Shown: positions 17,025 to 24,000 of the stretch, in pieces
Layout of the letters: each line of letters starts with the position of its first letter
How positions within the stretch are numbered: position 1 is the stretch's first letter
DNA from: Pseudomonadota bacterium
GTDB taxonomy: Bacteria > Pseudomonadota > Gammaproteobacteria > Burkholderiales > Sulfuriferulaceae
DNA length: 24,000 bases
NCBI GenBank assembly: GCA_021845925.1
Contig: JAJZUW010000005.1
Coordinates: forward strand, 42,232-66,231
Direction: 5' to 3'
Made by a program: the position numbers and the translations under genes
Notes under the pieces: generated by a model
Seen by the model: the letters and a program-made list of their open reading frames with translations, nothing else
The model's database searches: none
What the model was told of the DNA's origin: nothing

Positions 17025-17048
17025 GGTCATCCGGTCATCCGGTCATGC
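17025..17048. repeat. 8-bp tandem repeat GGTCATCC x2 plus GGTCATGC at the fliQ/fliR junction
   Basis: Read directly: 17025-17032, 17033-17040 and 17041-17048. The fliQ stop (17035-17037) lies in the middle copy. Confidence 0.6.
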
Positions 17049-17304
17049 CGGGAATGCTGGTGAAGATTTCGCGCATGTAGTCCAGCATCACCGAGAGCAT
17101 CCACGGGCCCGCAACGATCAGGGCAATGAAAATTCCGACCAGTTTTGGAATGAACGACAAGGTAGCCTCGTTGATCTGGGTGGCTGCCTGAAAAATGCTG
17201 ATTACCAGACCGATAGCCAGTGCCACCAGCAGTAGCGGGGCCGATAACAGCAGCGTGACTTCCAGTGCGTGGCGACCAAGGTTCAGAACGGATTCGGGAG
17301 ACAT
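17035..17304 (-). CDS. fliQ: flagellar type III export apparatus protein FliQ
   Basis: The start is set at ATG 17304 (MSPESVLNLGRHALEVTLLLSAPLL..), preceded by a GAGGAGG SD. This gives 89 aa, the typical FliQ size. The ORF-track extension to 17376 overlaps fliP. Confidence 0.9.
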   Translation of the reverse strand: MSPESVLNLGRHALEVTLLLSAPLLLVALAIGLVISIFQAATQINEATLSFIPKLVGIFIALIVAGPWMLSVMLDYMREIFTSIPGMTG

Positions 17305-17317
17305 GATGGAAACCTCC

Positions 17318-18112
17318 TCAATAAAAACTCTGGGCCAGCGAGCCAAGCAGCAACTGCCAGCCGTCAACCAGCACAAATAGCATCAGCTTGAATGGCAGCG
17401 AGACAATGGAGGGTGCCACCATCATCATGCCCATGGACATCAGCACGCTGGCCACCACCATGTCGATGATCAGAAACGGAATGAAAATGGCAAAACCAAT
17501 CTGGAATGCGGTTTTGAGTTCGCTGGTAGCATAGGCAGGAATCAGGACCCGCATGGGGACATCTTCCGGACCTTGCAGGGCCGGTGTGTTTGAAATTTTC
17601 ACATACATGGCCAGATCCGCCTGACGGGTCTGGCGCAGCATGAATGTTTTCAGTGGCTTGCTTCCCCGGTCTATCGCTTCTTCAAAATTGATCTGGTTGC
17701 TGGCATAGGGTTGCCAGGCATTGGCATAGATCTTGTCGAATACCGGTCCCATGATGAACAGGGTCAGAAAAAGAGCCAGACCGATGAGCACCTGGTTGGG
17801 TGGCGTGGTTTGGGTGCCCAGTGCCTGGCGCAACAGGGACAGCACGATGATGATGCGGGTGAAACTGGTCATCATCAGCAGGATGGAAGGCAGGAACGCC
17901 AGCGAAGTCAGAAACAGCAGTGTCTGCATGCTGAGCGACCAGGTTTGCCCGCCGTGTGGTCCAGGTGAACTGGACAGGGCTGTCAGGGCTGGTGCATCGA
18001 TGCCAGCCGCCATGGCAGGCAGGGCTGGCAGCAGCAACAGTCCGACGATGATGGTCAGCCTTGTGCGGCTGGAGGCCGAACGCGGGCAGGTTTCAGCTGG
18101 CGTCATGGTCAT
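17318..18112 (-). CDS. fliP: flagellar type III export apparatus protein FliP
   Basis: 264 aa with an N-terminal signal-like segment, then [22 protein letters not shown] and later conserved FliP segments. It overlaps the fliO 3' end by 20 nt. An alternative start is 18106. Confidence 0.9.
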   Translation of the reverse strand: MTMTPAETCPRSASSRTRLTIIVGLLLLPALPAMAAGIDAPALTALSSSPGPHGGQTWSLSMQTLLFLTSLAFLPSILLMMTSFTRIIIVLSLLRQALGTQTTPPNQVLIGLALFLTLFIMGPVFDKIYANAWQPYASNQINFEEAIDRGSKPLKTFMLRQTRQADLAMYVKISNTPALQGPEDVPMRVLIPAYATSELKTAFQIGFAIFIPFLIIDMVVASVLMSMGMMMVAPSIVSLPFKLMLFVLVDGWQLLLGSLAQSFY

Positions 18113-18512
18113 TTTTCCATCTGGACAACCGGTCTTTCAGGTGGCTGGAAAATGCGCCGCCGGTCTCGGTTGGCGATATTTCCTGGCGCGGCAGGGTGGT
18201 CAGCGCAGAAATCTGGCTGGCGGTGACACCAACCATGACCCATTGTTCGCCAATTTCGAGCACCACCACCCGTTCGCGGTTGCCAAGCTGGACGCCACCA
18301 ACAATCCGGACAACGCCGGCGGTGGCGGTGCCGGGCATGTAACGGCGGGCCAGCCAGGCCACCATGAAAATGGCCAGCAGGACAATGACCAGACTCAGGC
18401 TGACCTGCAGCAGGGAAAGCGATGGACCCGGAACGAGCATCGTGACGGATTTTTCGCTGGCAAGTGCAGGGTACGAAAGCAGGGAAAGCAGGAAGGGTGG
18501 CAGGATTTTCAT
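18093..18512 (-). CDS. fliO: flagellar biosynthesis protein FliO
   Basis: 139 aa with a single central TM segment ([20 protein letters not shown]). It sits between fliN and fliP, and its ATG overlaps the fliN stop (ATGA at 18509-18512). Confidence 0.75.
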   Translation of the reverse strand: MKILPPFLLSLLSYPALASEKSVTMLVPGPSLSLLQVSLSLVIVLLAIFMVAWLARRYMPGTATAGVVRIVGGVQLGNRERVVVLEIGEQWVMVGVTASQISALTTLPRQEISPTETGGAFSSHLKDRLSRWKNDHDAS

Positions 18513-18937
18513 TTGTTCAGTTTGCGGATGCGTTCGGCCGGACTGATGATGTCGGTGACGCGGATGCCGAATTTGTCGTTAACCACAACCACTTCGCCCT
18601 GGGCGATCAGGTAGCCATTGATGAGAATGTCCATCGGCTCGCCGGCCATGCCGGCCAGTTCCACCACGGAACCCTGGGCCAGTTGCAGCAGGTTCTTGAT
18701 GGAAATTTTGGTACGGCCGAGCTCGACGGTGAGCTGTACCGGGATATCGAGAACAAAATCGATGTCGTTGTGGATTCCCGTCGGACCGGCCTTGCCGGAG
18801 AAGTCCTGAAAGATTTCTGCTTTCTGCGGTTCGGCTGGCACCGGAGCATCGTTGCCTGCCGTCGCGTCGTGAGCGGCCTGTTCCGCCATGGCGGCGCCCC
18901 AGTCATCCAGATTGATGGAATCGTCGGTTTCACTCAT
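18509..18937 (-). CDS. fliN: flagellar motor switch protein FliN
   Basis: 142 aa with an AAGGAG SD upstream. The C-terminal SpoA-type domain reads DIPVQLTVELGRTKISIKNLLQLAQGSVVEL.... Confidence 0.9.
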   Translation of the reverse strand: MSETDDSINLDDWGAAMAEQAAHDATAGNDAPVPAEPQKAEIFQDFSGKAGPTGIHNDIDFVLDIPVQLTVELGRTKISIKNLLQLAQGSVVELAGMAGEPMDILINGYLIAQGEVVVVNDKFGIRVTDIISPAERIRKLNK

Positions 18938-19931
18938 GTGCTTCTCCTTGTGCGGCTTCGGTCAGCGAATTGGACAGCATTTTCATCACGCGTAGCGCAT
19001 ATTGGCCATGCAGGGTGCCATAGCTGCATTCCATGACCGGAACATTGTCAACGGTGGCGGTAATGGTGTCCGGAATGTTCAGGGGAATGACATCGCCGAT
19101 TTTCATGTTGACGACTTCGGCCAGAGTCAGTTCCGAGGTGCCCATGTTGGCAACCAGTTCGATTTCGGCATTCTGGATCTGCTGCGACATCAGCTTGGCC
19201 CAGCGCCGGTCTACCTCCATCGTCTCGCCTTGCAGGCTGCTGGTCAGCAGATCGCGAATCGGTTCGACCATGGAATAAGGCATGCAGACATGCAGATCAC
19301 CATTGGTGGGACCCAGCTCCAGGTTGAACGTGGTGCTGACCACCACTTCGTTGGGTGTGGCGATGTTGGCAAACTGGGTGTTCATTTCGCTGCGCACATA
19401 CTCGAATTCGATGTTGTACACATAAGACCATGATTTGCTGTAGGTCTCGAAAAAAATTTCCAGAATGCGCTGAATGATGCGTTGTTCGGTCTGGGTGAAA
19501 TCACGCCCCTCCACCCGGGTATGAAAGCGTCCATCGCCGCCAAACAGGTTGTCAACGATCATGAACACCACGGTTGGGTCAAACACGATCAGGGCTGTGC
19601 CGCGCAGTGGCTTGACCTGAGCCAGATTCAGGTTGGTCGGCACGACCAGATTGCGGATGAACTCACTGTATTTCTGTACCCGGACCGGGCCAGTGCTGAT
19701 TTCGACCGTCCGGCGCATGAAGCTGTACAGGCCAATGCGAAACAGACGGGCAAACCGCTCGTTGATGATTTCCAGCGTGGGCATGCGCCCGCGCACGATT
19801 CTTTCCTGCGTCGCCAGATTGTAGGGACGCACACCTGCGGTATCTTCGACTTCATCGTCGGCGTCCTGTTCGCCGGTGACCCCTTTCAGCAGGGCATCGA
19901 CTTCATCCTGGGAGAGGAAATTCTCTGCCAT
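18930..19931 (-). CDS. fliM: flagellar motor switch protein FliM
   Basis: The start is set at ATG 19931, 4 nt after the fliL stop. The N-terminus MAENFLSQDEVDALL carries the conserved CheY-P-binding LSQxEVDALL motif. 333 aa. It overlaps the fliN start by 8 nt. Confidence 0.9.
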   Translation of the reverse strand: MAENFLSQDEVDALLKGVTGEQDADDEVEDTAGVRPYNLATQERIVRGRMPTLEIINERFARLFRIGLYSFMRRTVEISTGPVRVQKYSEFIRNLVVPTNLNLAQVKPLRGTALIVFDPTVVFMIVDNLFGGDGRFHTRVEGRDFTQTEQRIIQRILEIFFETYSKSWSYVYNIEFEYVRSEMNTQFANIATPNEVVVSTTFNLELGPTNGDLHVCMPYSMVEPIRDLLTSSLQGETMEVDRRWAKLMSQQIQNAEIELVANMGTSELTLAEVVNMKIGDVIPLNIPDTITATVDNVPVMECSYGTLHGQYALRVMKMLSNSLTEAAQGEAHE

Positions 19932-19935
19932 GGCA

Positions 19936-20466
19936 TTACATGTCCTGAATGATGAACGACGTGAAAGAAACGCCGTAGATTTTCTGCGCCGGTGTGTTCG
20001 GCGCATATGGTTTCGACAGGGCGGTCAGGATGTCGTGCTTGAGGGCTTCCTTGCCTTGTGGCGTCAGCAGTACCGAACCTTTCTGGGCAGACAGCAGCAT
20101 TTCCAGTCGGTCGCGGATCTGTGGCATCCGGGTTTTGAATGCTTCCATCTGTTTTTCGTCGCCCAGCTGCACCGTCATGGATATCTGCAGAACCTTGTTA
20201 CCATCTTCTGGAGACAGATTGACCGTCATGGGATCAAGTGCTACGTAGACAGGGGGTTTGCTTGGGTCGAGCTGATCCTCGCTGGCTTTCTTTTTAGTCT
20301 GGGCAGATTTGTCTTGCGGCTGGTGCAGGAAATAATAAGCGGCCGCACTGCCTCCGATCAGCAACAGCAACACAAGCGTGGCAATGATGATGATCAGAAG
20401 TTTGGACTTGCCACCGGAAACCGGTGGCTGTTCTTCTGCGACTGGCGCTGGTGGCGCTTTGCTCAT
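19936..20466 (-). CDS. fliL: flagellar basal-body-associated protein FliL
   Basis: ATG 20466 has an AGGAG SD 6 nt upstream; the ORF-track start at 20481 is a TTG. The protein has a single N-terminal TM segment (LLIIIIATLVLLLLIGG) followed by a periplasmic domain. Its position is upstream of fliM. Confidence 0.85.
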   Translation of the reverse strand: MSKAPPAPVAEEQPPVSGGKSKLLIIIIATLVLLLLIGGSAAAYYFLHQPQDKSAQTKKKASEDQLDPSKPPVYVALDPMTVNLSPEDGNKVLQISMTVQLGDEKQMEAFKTRMPQIRDRLEMLLSAQKGSVLLTPQGKEALKHDILTALSKPYAPNTPAQKIYGVSFTSFIIQDM

Positions 20467-20514
20467 GTCAGGCTCCTGCAATAAAAGTAGGTAACCCCGT
20501 TATTGTAATCGTTA

Positions 20515-21828
20515 TCAGACGAATGTGTTGACCAGACCCTGACCACCTGTCAGTTTTTCTGTAGACGAGATTCCCGGGCCGATGCCGGCAACGGCAGCGG
20601 TCTGGCGACGGTTGCCTCCTGACGACTGTTGCTGGAACTGGAAAGCCTGGCCGGGCTGGCCTTGTGTGTCAGCGCGGACGCTGGTCTGTCCAAGCTGGAT
20701 GCCGGCGCCCATCATCATGTTTTCCAGCTTCGGCAGTGCGGCTTCGATGGCCTGGCGCACTTCCGGTTGCTGGGAAATGAACGTGGCATTGGCCTGGTTG
20801 TTGGACACATTCAGTACGATGCGCAGGGGACCGAGATCCGGCGGATTGAGCGACAGGGTGGCGGACTGTTCGGCGCCATGTGCCATCCAGACCACGCGCT
20901 GGCTCAAGGCTTCATCCCATGCCTGACTGCCCACGCGCGGGGCGAGGTGTCCGATGGCATCACCCGGCAGGGCAGCAAGCACGCCCTGCATCAGGGCAGG
21001 ATTCTGTTGTGCGACTGCTGCCTGACCTGCAGCCAGACTGGCATCCGGAAGATTTTTACCGGTGTGTCCGGTGGTGAGCGCAGAAATGGCATTGCCATTG
21101 TTGCCGTCAGCAGTGGCAGCAGTAGTGGCAGCTGGCGTCAGTGCGGGCTGGTTGGTGTTGTTGTTGTTGTTGATGGCTGTTTTGCTGTCAGTGGCGGATG
21201 GCAGCACAGTGCTGTTTGTCACGGCCGTGCTTTTGGTTTGCGCCTGGTTGTTCAGCAAATCCTTCTCACCGGGCAGGCTGCGGGCGCTGACTCCAGCGGC
21301 TGTGGCGGGCTGGCTGGTGCCGGGCAAGCCGGTGGCGGCTGCCAGGGCAGCCGCATCAGTGGCCGTGGCTGTGGCGTCGGATGCATTGCTGGTATCTGGC
21401 AGGCTGCCGGTCGTGTCTGGGCGGCTGCTGACTGGCAGGCTGGCGGCAGTCACGCTCGTGCCGGCTGTCGGGCTGGTCGTGGATGCCGAAGCTGGTTGAC
21501 CACCTGATGCGCCGGCCGGTTGACCATACGCCATCATGGCCAGCATTTCGGCAGTCGCGCCCTGTGGCGTGGTGCTGGTTGTCGCGCTGTCCTTGCTGTC
21601 CGGTTTGGTCGACGGGGTGTCGGTCTTGCTGGTGGCAACCGGCGTGCTGCCAGGTTTTGTCGCGGCGCTGGCAGCAGGTGTACTGGCTGGCTGCGAAGCC
21701 GCCTGGCTGGTATTCTGCTGCGATATTTCGTTGGACAATACCTGACCAAAGTCACCGGATGGGGTGCCGCTGGTAGCGGCAGGCTGTGGTGGACTGTTTG
21801 GTGTAACGGGCAGAACGGGTCTGGTCAT
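20515..21828 (-). CDS. fliK: flagellar hook-length control protein FliK
   Basis: 437 aa with a GGAG SD 7 nt upstream. It has a long Ala/Thr/Ser/Pro/Gln-rich low-complexity region. The C-terminal Flg_hook-type domain reads ATLSLNPPDLGPLRIVLNVSNNQANATFISQQPEVRQAIEAALPKL. It sits between fliJ and fliL. Confidence 0.8.
   Translation of the reverse strand: MTRPVLPVTPNSPPQPAATSGTPSGDFGQVLSNEISQQNTSQAASQPASTPAASAATKPGSTPVATSKTDTPSTKPDSKDSATTSTTPQGATAEMLAMMAYGQPAGASGGQPASASTTSPTAGTSVTAASLPVSSRPDTTGSLPDTSNASDATATATDAAALAAATGLPGTSQPATAAGVSARSLPGEKDLLNNQAQTKSTAVTNSTVLPSATDSKTAINNNNNTNQPALTPAATTAATADGNNGNAISALTTGHTGKNLPDASLAAGQAAVAQQNPALMQGVLAALPGDAIGHLAPRVGSQAWDEALSQRVVWMAHGAEQSATLSLNPPDLGPLRIVLNVSNNQANATFISQQPEVRQAIEAALPKLENMMMGAGIQLGQTSVRADTQGQPGQAFQFQQQSSGGNRRQTAAVAGIGPGISSTEKLTGGQGLVNTFV
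21157..21171. repeat. (GTT)5 trinucleotide repeat, = (AAC)5 / Asn5 within fliK
   Basis: Read directly. It encodes the NNNNN run in the fliK low-complexity region. Confidence 0.7.
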
Positions 21829-21893
21829 GCTGGTTCTCCGTAAGTTGGGCTGGCGTTCGGTGGTGTCTCGAGGTCAGGAACGTCCGGCCATGA

Positions 21894-22352
21894 TCAGTTT
21901 TCCTGGTTCAGGTGCATTTGCCGGCCGACCATTCTGGTGGCGTGCTCATCGCTGGCTTTTTGCTCCCGACGTTGTTCCTGCTGCATCTGTGCTGCCTGTT
22001 CGCGTTCGACCAGCGTGCGGAACGACAAACGCTTGCGTTCGGCTTCCTGCCAGGCCTGGTGTTCTGCCTGCAGGCGGGATTCGGTCTGGCTGACCAGACC
22101 TTGCTGGCCAATAATGGCTTCATCAAGCCTGAGCATGAATTCCCGGTAATTCAGGTGATAACTCATGCCGATGCCGGATTGCATGCCCTGCTGGTAGCGG
22201 TTTTCGTAATCCTGACGGTACAGCAGCAATTGTTCGAGTTTCTGCGTGTTTTCCTGATGCGCCAGACGGGCAGCACCCATGCGACGGGCCTGTTTTTCGG
22301 CTTCCTGTTCCGCCAGTTGGACCAGCGTTTGCATGGGTGTGGGGTCAGTCAT
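21894..22352 (-). CDS. fliJ: flagellar export chaperone/stalk protein FliJ
   Basis: 152 aa with highly charged, Gln/Glu/Arg-rich coiled-coil composition. It lies immediately downstream of fliI in the conserved order. Confidence 0.75.
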   Translation of the reverse strand: MTDPTPMQTLVQLAEQEAEKQARRMGAARLAHQENTQKLEQLLLYRQDYENRYQQGMQSGIGMSYHLNYREFMLRLDEAIIGQQGLVSQTESRLQAEHQAWQEAERKRLSFRTLVEREQAAQMQQEQRREQKASDEHATRMVGRQMHLNQEN

Positions 22353-22505
22353 GGTTTGTTTCCCTGTCCGGGGTGTTATCCGTCACAACAACGGGATGTC
22401 CGCAAAAGCCGGCCTTGCACATGGCGAGGCCCGGTTCTGGCTGGCGTGGTGGCCAGCATACCCGATGGTTTCAGAGTCCATTGTAGACACGATTGCGAAA
22501 TTCAA

Positions 22506-23912
22506 TCAGGAGAACAGAGCGGAAAGTTCCCCCAAGCTCTCCTGAATGCCGGATTGCTCACGGATGCCCTGTTGCAGGAAACGGTTGATTGCCGGCATGC
22601 GCGCCAGGGCTTCATCCACCAGGGGGTCGCTGCCACTGACATAGGCGCCGACATTCACCAGATCGCGATTGCGTGACCAGGCGCCCAGCAGTTGTTTAAG
22701 CCGGCGGGCCTGTTGTTGCTGAATGTCGCCGGTGATGTTGTGCATGACACGGCTGATGGATTGTTCGATATCGATTGCCGGATAGTGGCCCGCTTCGGCC
22801 AGTCGCCGGTTGAGCACGATGTGGCCGTCCAGAATGGCGCGTGCCGCATCGGCAATCGGATCCTGCTGGTCATCTCCCTCGGTCAGCACGGTGTAGAATG
22901 CGGTAATCGAGCCGCCATCCGGCCGGCCATTGCCGGCACGTTCGACCAGGGTTGGCAGGCGAGCGAATACGGAGGGGGGATAACCTTTGGTGGCCGGCGG
23001 CTCGCCGATGGCCAGGGCGATTTCGCGTTGTGCCATGGCGTAGCGGGTGAGGGAATCCATGATCAACAGTACGTGTTTGCCTCGATCCCGGAAATACTCG
23101 GCCAAAGCGGTGGCGTAGGCAGCCCCCTGCAATCTGAGCAGCGCGCTGGCATCGGCTGGCGCAGCCACGACCACCGAGCGGCGGCGGCCTTCTTCACCGA
23201 GGTTTTCTTCGATGAATTCTTTGACTTCCCGCCCACGTTCGCCGATCAGGCCAACCACAATGATGTCCGCGCTGGTGTAACGCGCCATCATGCCGAGCAG
23301 CACGCTTTTGCCTACGCCCGAACCAGCAAACAGGCCCATTCGCTGTCCGCGCCCGACTGTCAGCAGGGTGTTGATGGCTCGAATGCCGACATCCAGAACC
23401 TGCGTAATTGGAGCCCGGCTGAGCGGATTGGTGGCACGTACCGCCAGCGGCGCGCTGTCCATGGCCGGAAGTGGCCCCAATCCGTCCAGCGGACGGCCGG
23501 CGCCGTCCAGTACCCGACCAAGCAATGCGTCGCCTGCGGGCAGGTGTCTTGTGCGGTCGATGGCACGTCGGCGGGGCGGACTGCCGGATGTCTGGCCAAC
23601 AGCCGGATTTTCCAGCGGCAGAACGGCTGCTCCTGGCACGACGCCTTCCACATCGTTTTGTGGCATCAGCAGCAGGTGGTCATTGTTGAAACCGACCACT
23701 TCGGCCTCGATCCTGGCACCGCTCGGCAAGGGAATCACGCAGGCACTGCCAATGGGCAGCTTGAGGCCAACCGCTTCCATGACCAGACCGGTAACACGGG
23801 TAATCCGGCCACTGATTTCGACCGGGTTGATACTGGCCGCCTGGCGGGAAGCCAGCTCGATTCTGGCCTGCCAGCGCTGGCGGTGCGATGGGTCGCTCAG
23901 GACTGGATCCAT
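22506..23912 (-). CDS. fliI: flagellum-specific ATP synthase FliI
   Basis: 468 aa with Walker [11 protein letters not shown], Walker B-type segment [11 protein letters not shown], and F1/T3SS-ATPase colinearity throughout. Confidence 0.95.
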   Translation of the reverse strand: MDPVLSDPSHRQRWQARIELASRQAASINPVEISGRITRVTGLVMEAVGLKLPIGSACVIPLPSGARIEAEVVGFNNDHLLLMPQNDVEGVVPGAAVLPLENPAVGQTSGSPPRRRAIDRTRHLPAGDALLGRVLDGAGRPLDGLGPLPAMDSAPLAVRATNPLSRAPITQVLDVGIRAINTLLTVGRGQRMGLFAGSGVGKSVLLGMMARYTSADIIVVGLIGERGREVKEFIEENLGEEGRRRSVVVAAPADASALLRLQGAAYATALAEYFRDRGKHVLLIMDSLTRYAMAQREIALAIGEPPATKGYPPSVFARLPTLVERAGNGRPDGGSITAFYTVLTEGDDQQDPIADAARAILDGHIVLNRRLAEAGHYPAIDIEQSISRVMHNITGDIQQQQARRLKQLLGAWSRNRDLVNVGAYVSGSDPLVDEALARMPAINRFLQQGIREQSGIQESLGELSALFS

Positions 23913-24000
23913 TCCGGATTCTGCCCGAGAGTTTTCATCAGGCGTTCCCAGCGGGTTTGTATGGAAGCATCCGCCTGGTTGCTGTGTGTTTCGATACGGC
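23897..24000 (-). CDS. fliH: flagellar assembly protein FliH, C-terminal 33 codons (5' end outside window)
   Basis: My hand translation of the minus strand from 23998 gives [33 protein letters not shown]. The stop is TGA at 23897-23899 and overlaps the fliI start by 16 nt. The ..DASIxTRWxxL.. ending resembles FliH C-termini. The fragment is too short for the ORF track. Confidence 0.6.
   Translation of the reverse strand, partial: RIETHSNQADASIQTRWERLMKTLGQNPEWIQS

Noticed and set aside
17025-17048. The 8-bp tandem repeat at the fliQ stop / fliR start could be a phase-variation switch.
   Set aside because: There are only about three copies. Loss or gain of a unit regenerates the same FliQ C-terminus and stop, and only changes the fliQ-fliR spacer length, so no frameshift switch results.
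22376-22383. A sigma-28-like -10 (minus strand ACGGATAA versus GCCGATAA) lies upstream of fliJ.
   Set aside because: No TAAA-type -35 element sits at the appropriate distance, and it is a single partial hexamer/octamer match.
22402-22416. A sigma-54-like element lies on the minus strand (AAGGCCGGCTTTTGC, GG...TTGC) in the fliI-fliJ gap.
   Set aside because: The GG-to-GC spacing is one nucleotide short of the strict TGGCAC-N5-TTGC geometry, and the -24 half is poor.
1-24000. I searched for CRISPR arrays, IS/transposase or integrase genes, tRNA/rRNA genes, and long direct or inverted repeats bounding an island.
   Set aside because: None was seen by eye. No repeat-spacer periodicity, DDE or tyrosine-recombinase-like ORF, or tRNA-like cloverleaf region was found. 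A computational repeat search over the full genome would be needed to exclude short att-like repeats flanking 7552-10056.

Overview
This 24-kb window looks like a chromosomal segment from a Gram-negative, proteobacterium-like genome. It is almost entirely coding: I call 27 CDS and recognised no rRNA, tRNA, CRISPR array, transposase or integrase. The layout has five parts. (i) 1-7551 (+) is an LPS/O-antigen sugar operon. It holds rfbF (5' end off-window), rfbG and rfbH (the CDP-3,6-dideoxyhexose branch), then an acetolactate-synthase-like ThDP enzyme, two paralogous GT2 glycosyltransferases and one GT4. (ii) 7632-9046 (-) holds a lower-GC cytochrome b562-like gene and an SDR epimerase/reductase. 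(iii) 9212-14419 (+) holds an MntA/HepT (MNT/HEPN, type VII) toxin-antitoxin pair, a WbpL/WecA-family initiating sugar-phosphate transferase, and an overlapping OvoA-like / PLP C-S-lyase gene pair that looks like a complete ovothiol operon. (iv) 14513-16274 (+) holds an orphan PEP-CTERM-like secreted protein and aroC. (v) 16243-24000 (-) is a tightly packed flagellar block, fliH(partial)-I-J-K-L-M-N-O-P-Q-R. The leads most worth a second look are the rfbFGH + ThDP-enzyme arrangement (candidate branched-chain, yersiniose-type sugar pathway), the TA pair wedged into the LPS locus, and the coupled ovoA/C-S-lyase operon that may be co-transcribed with them. I did not find a clearly novel multi-gene system. 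All family assignments come from reading the translations and from remembered motifs and family sequences; no searches or computations were run. Start codons were chosen by hand from SD spacing and N-terminal colinearity and are less certain than stops.
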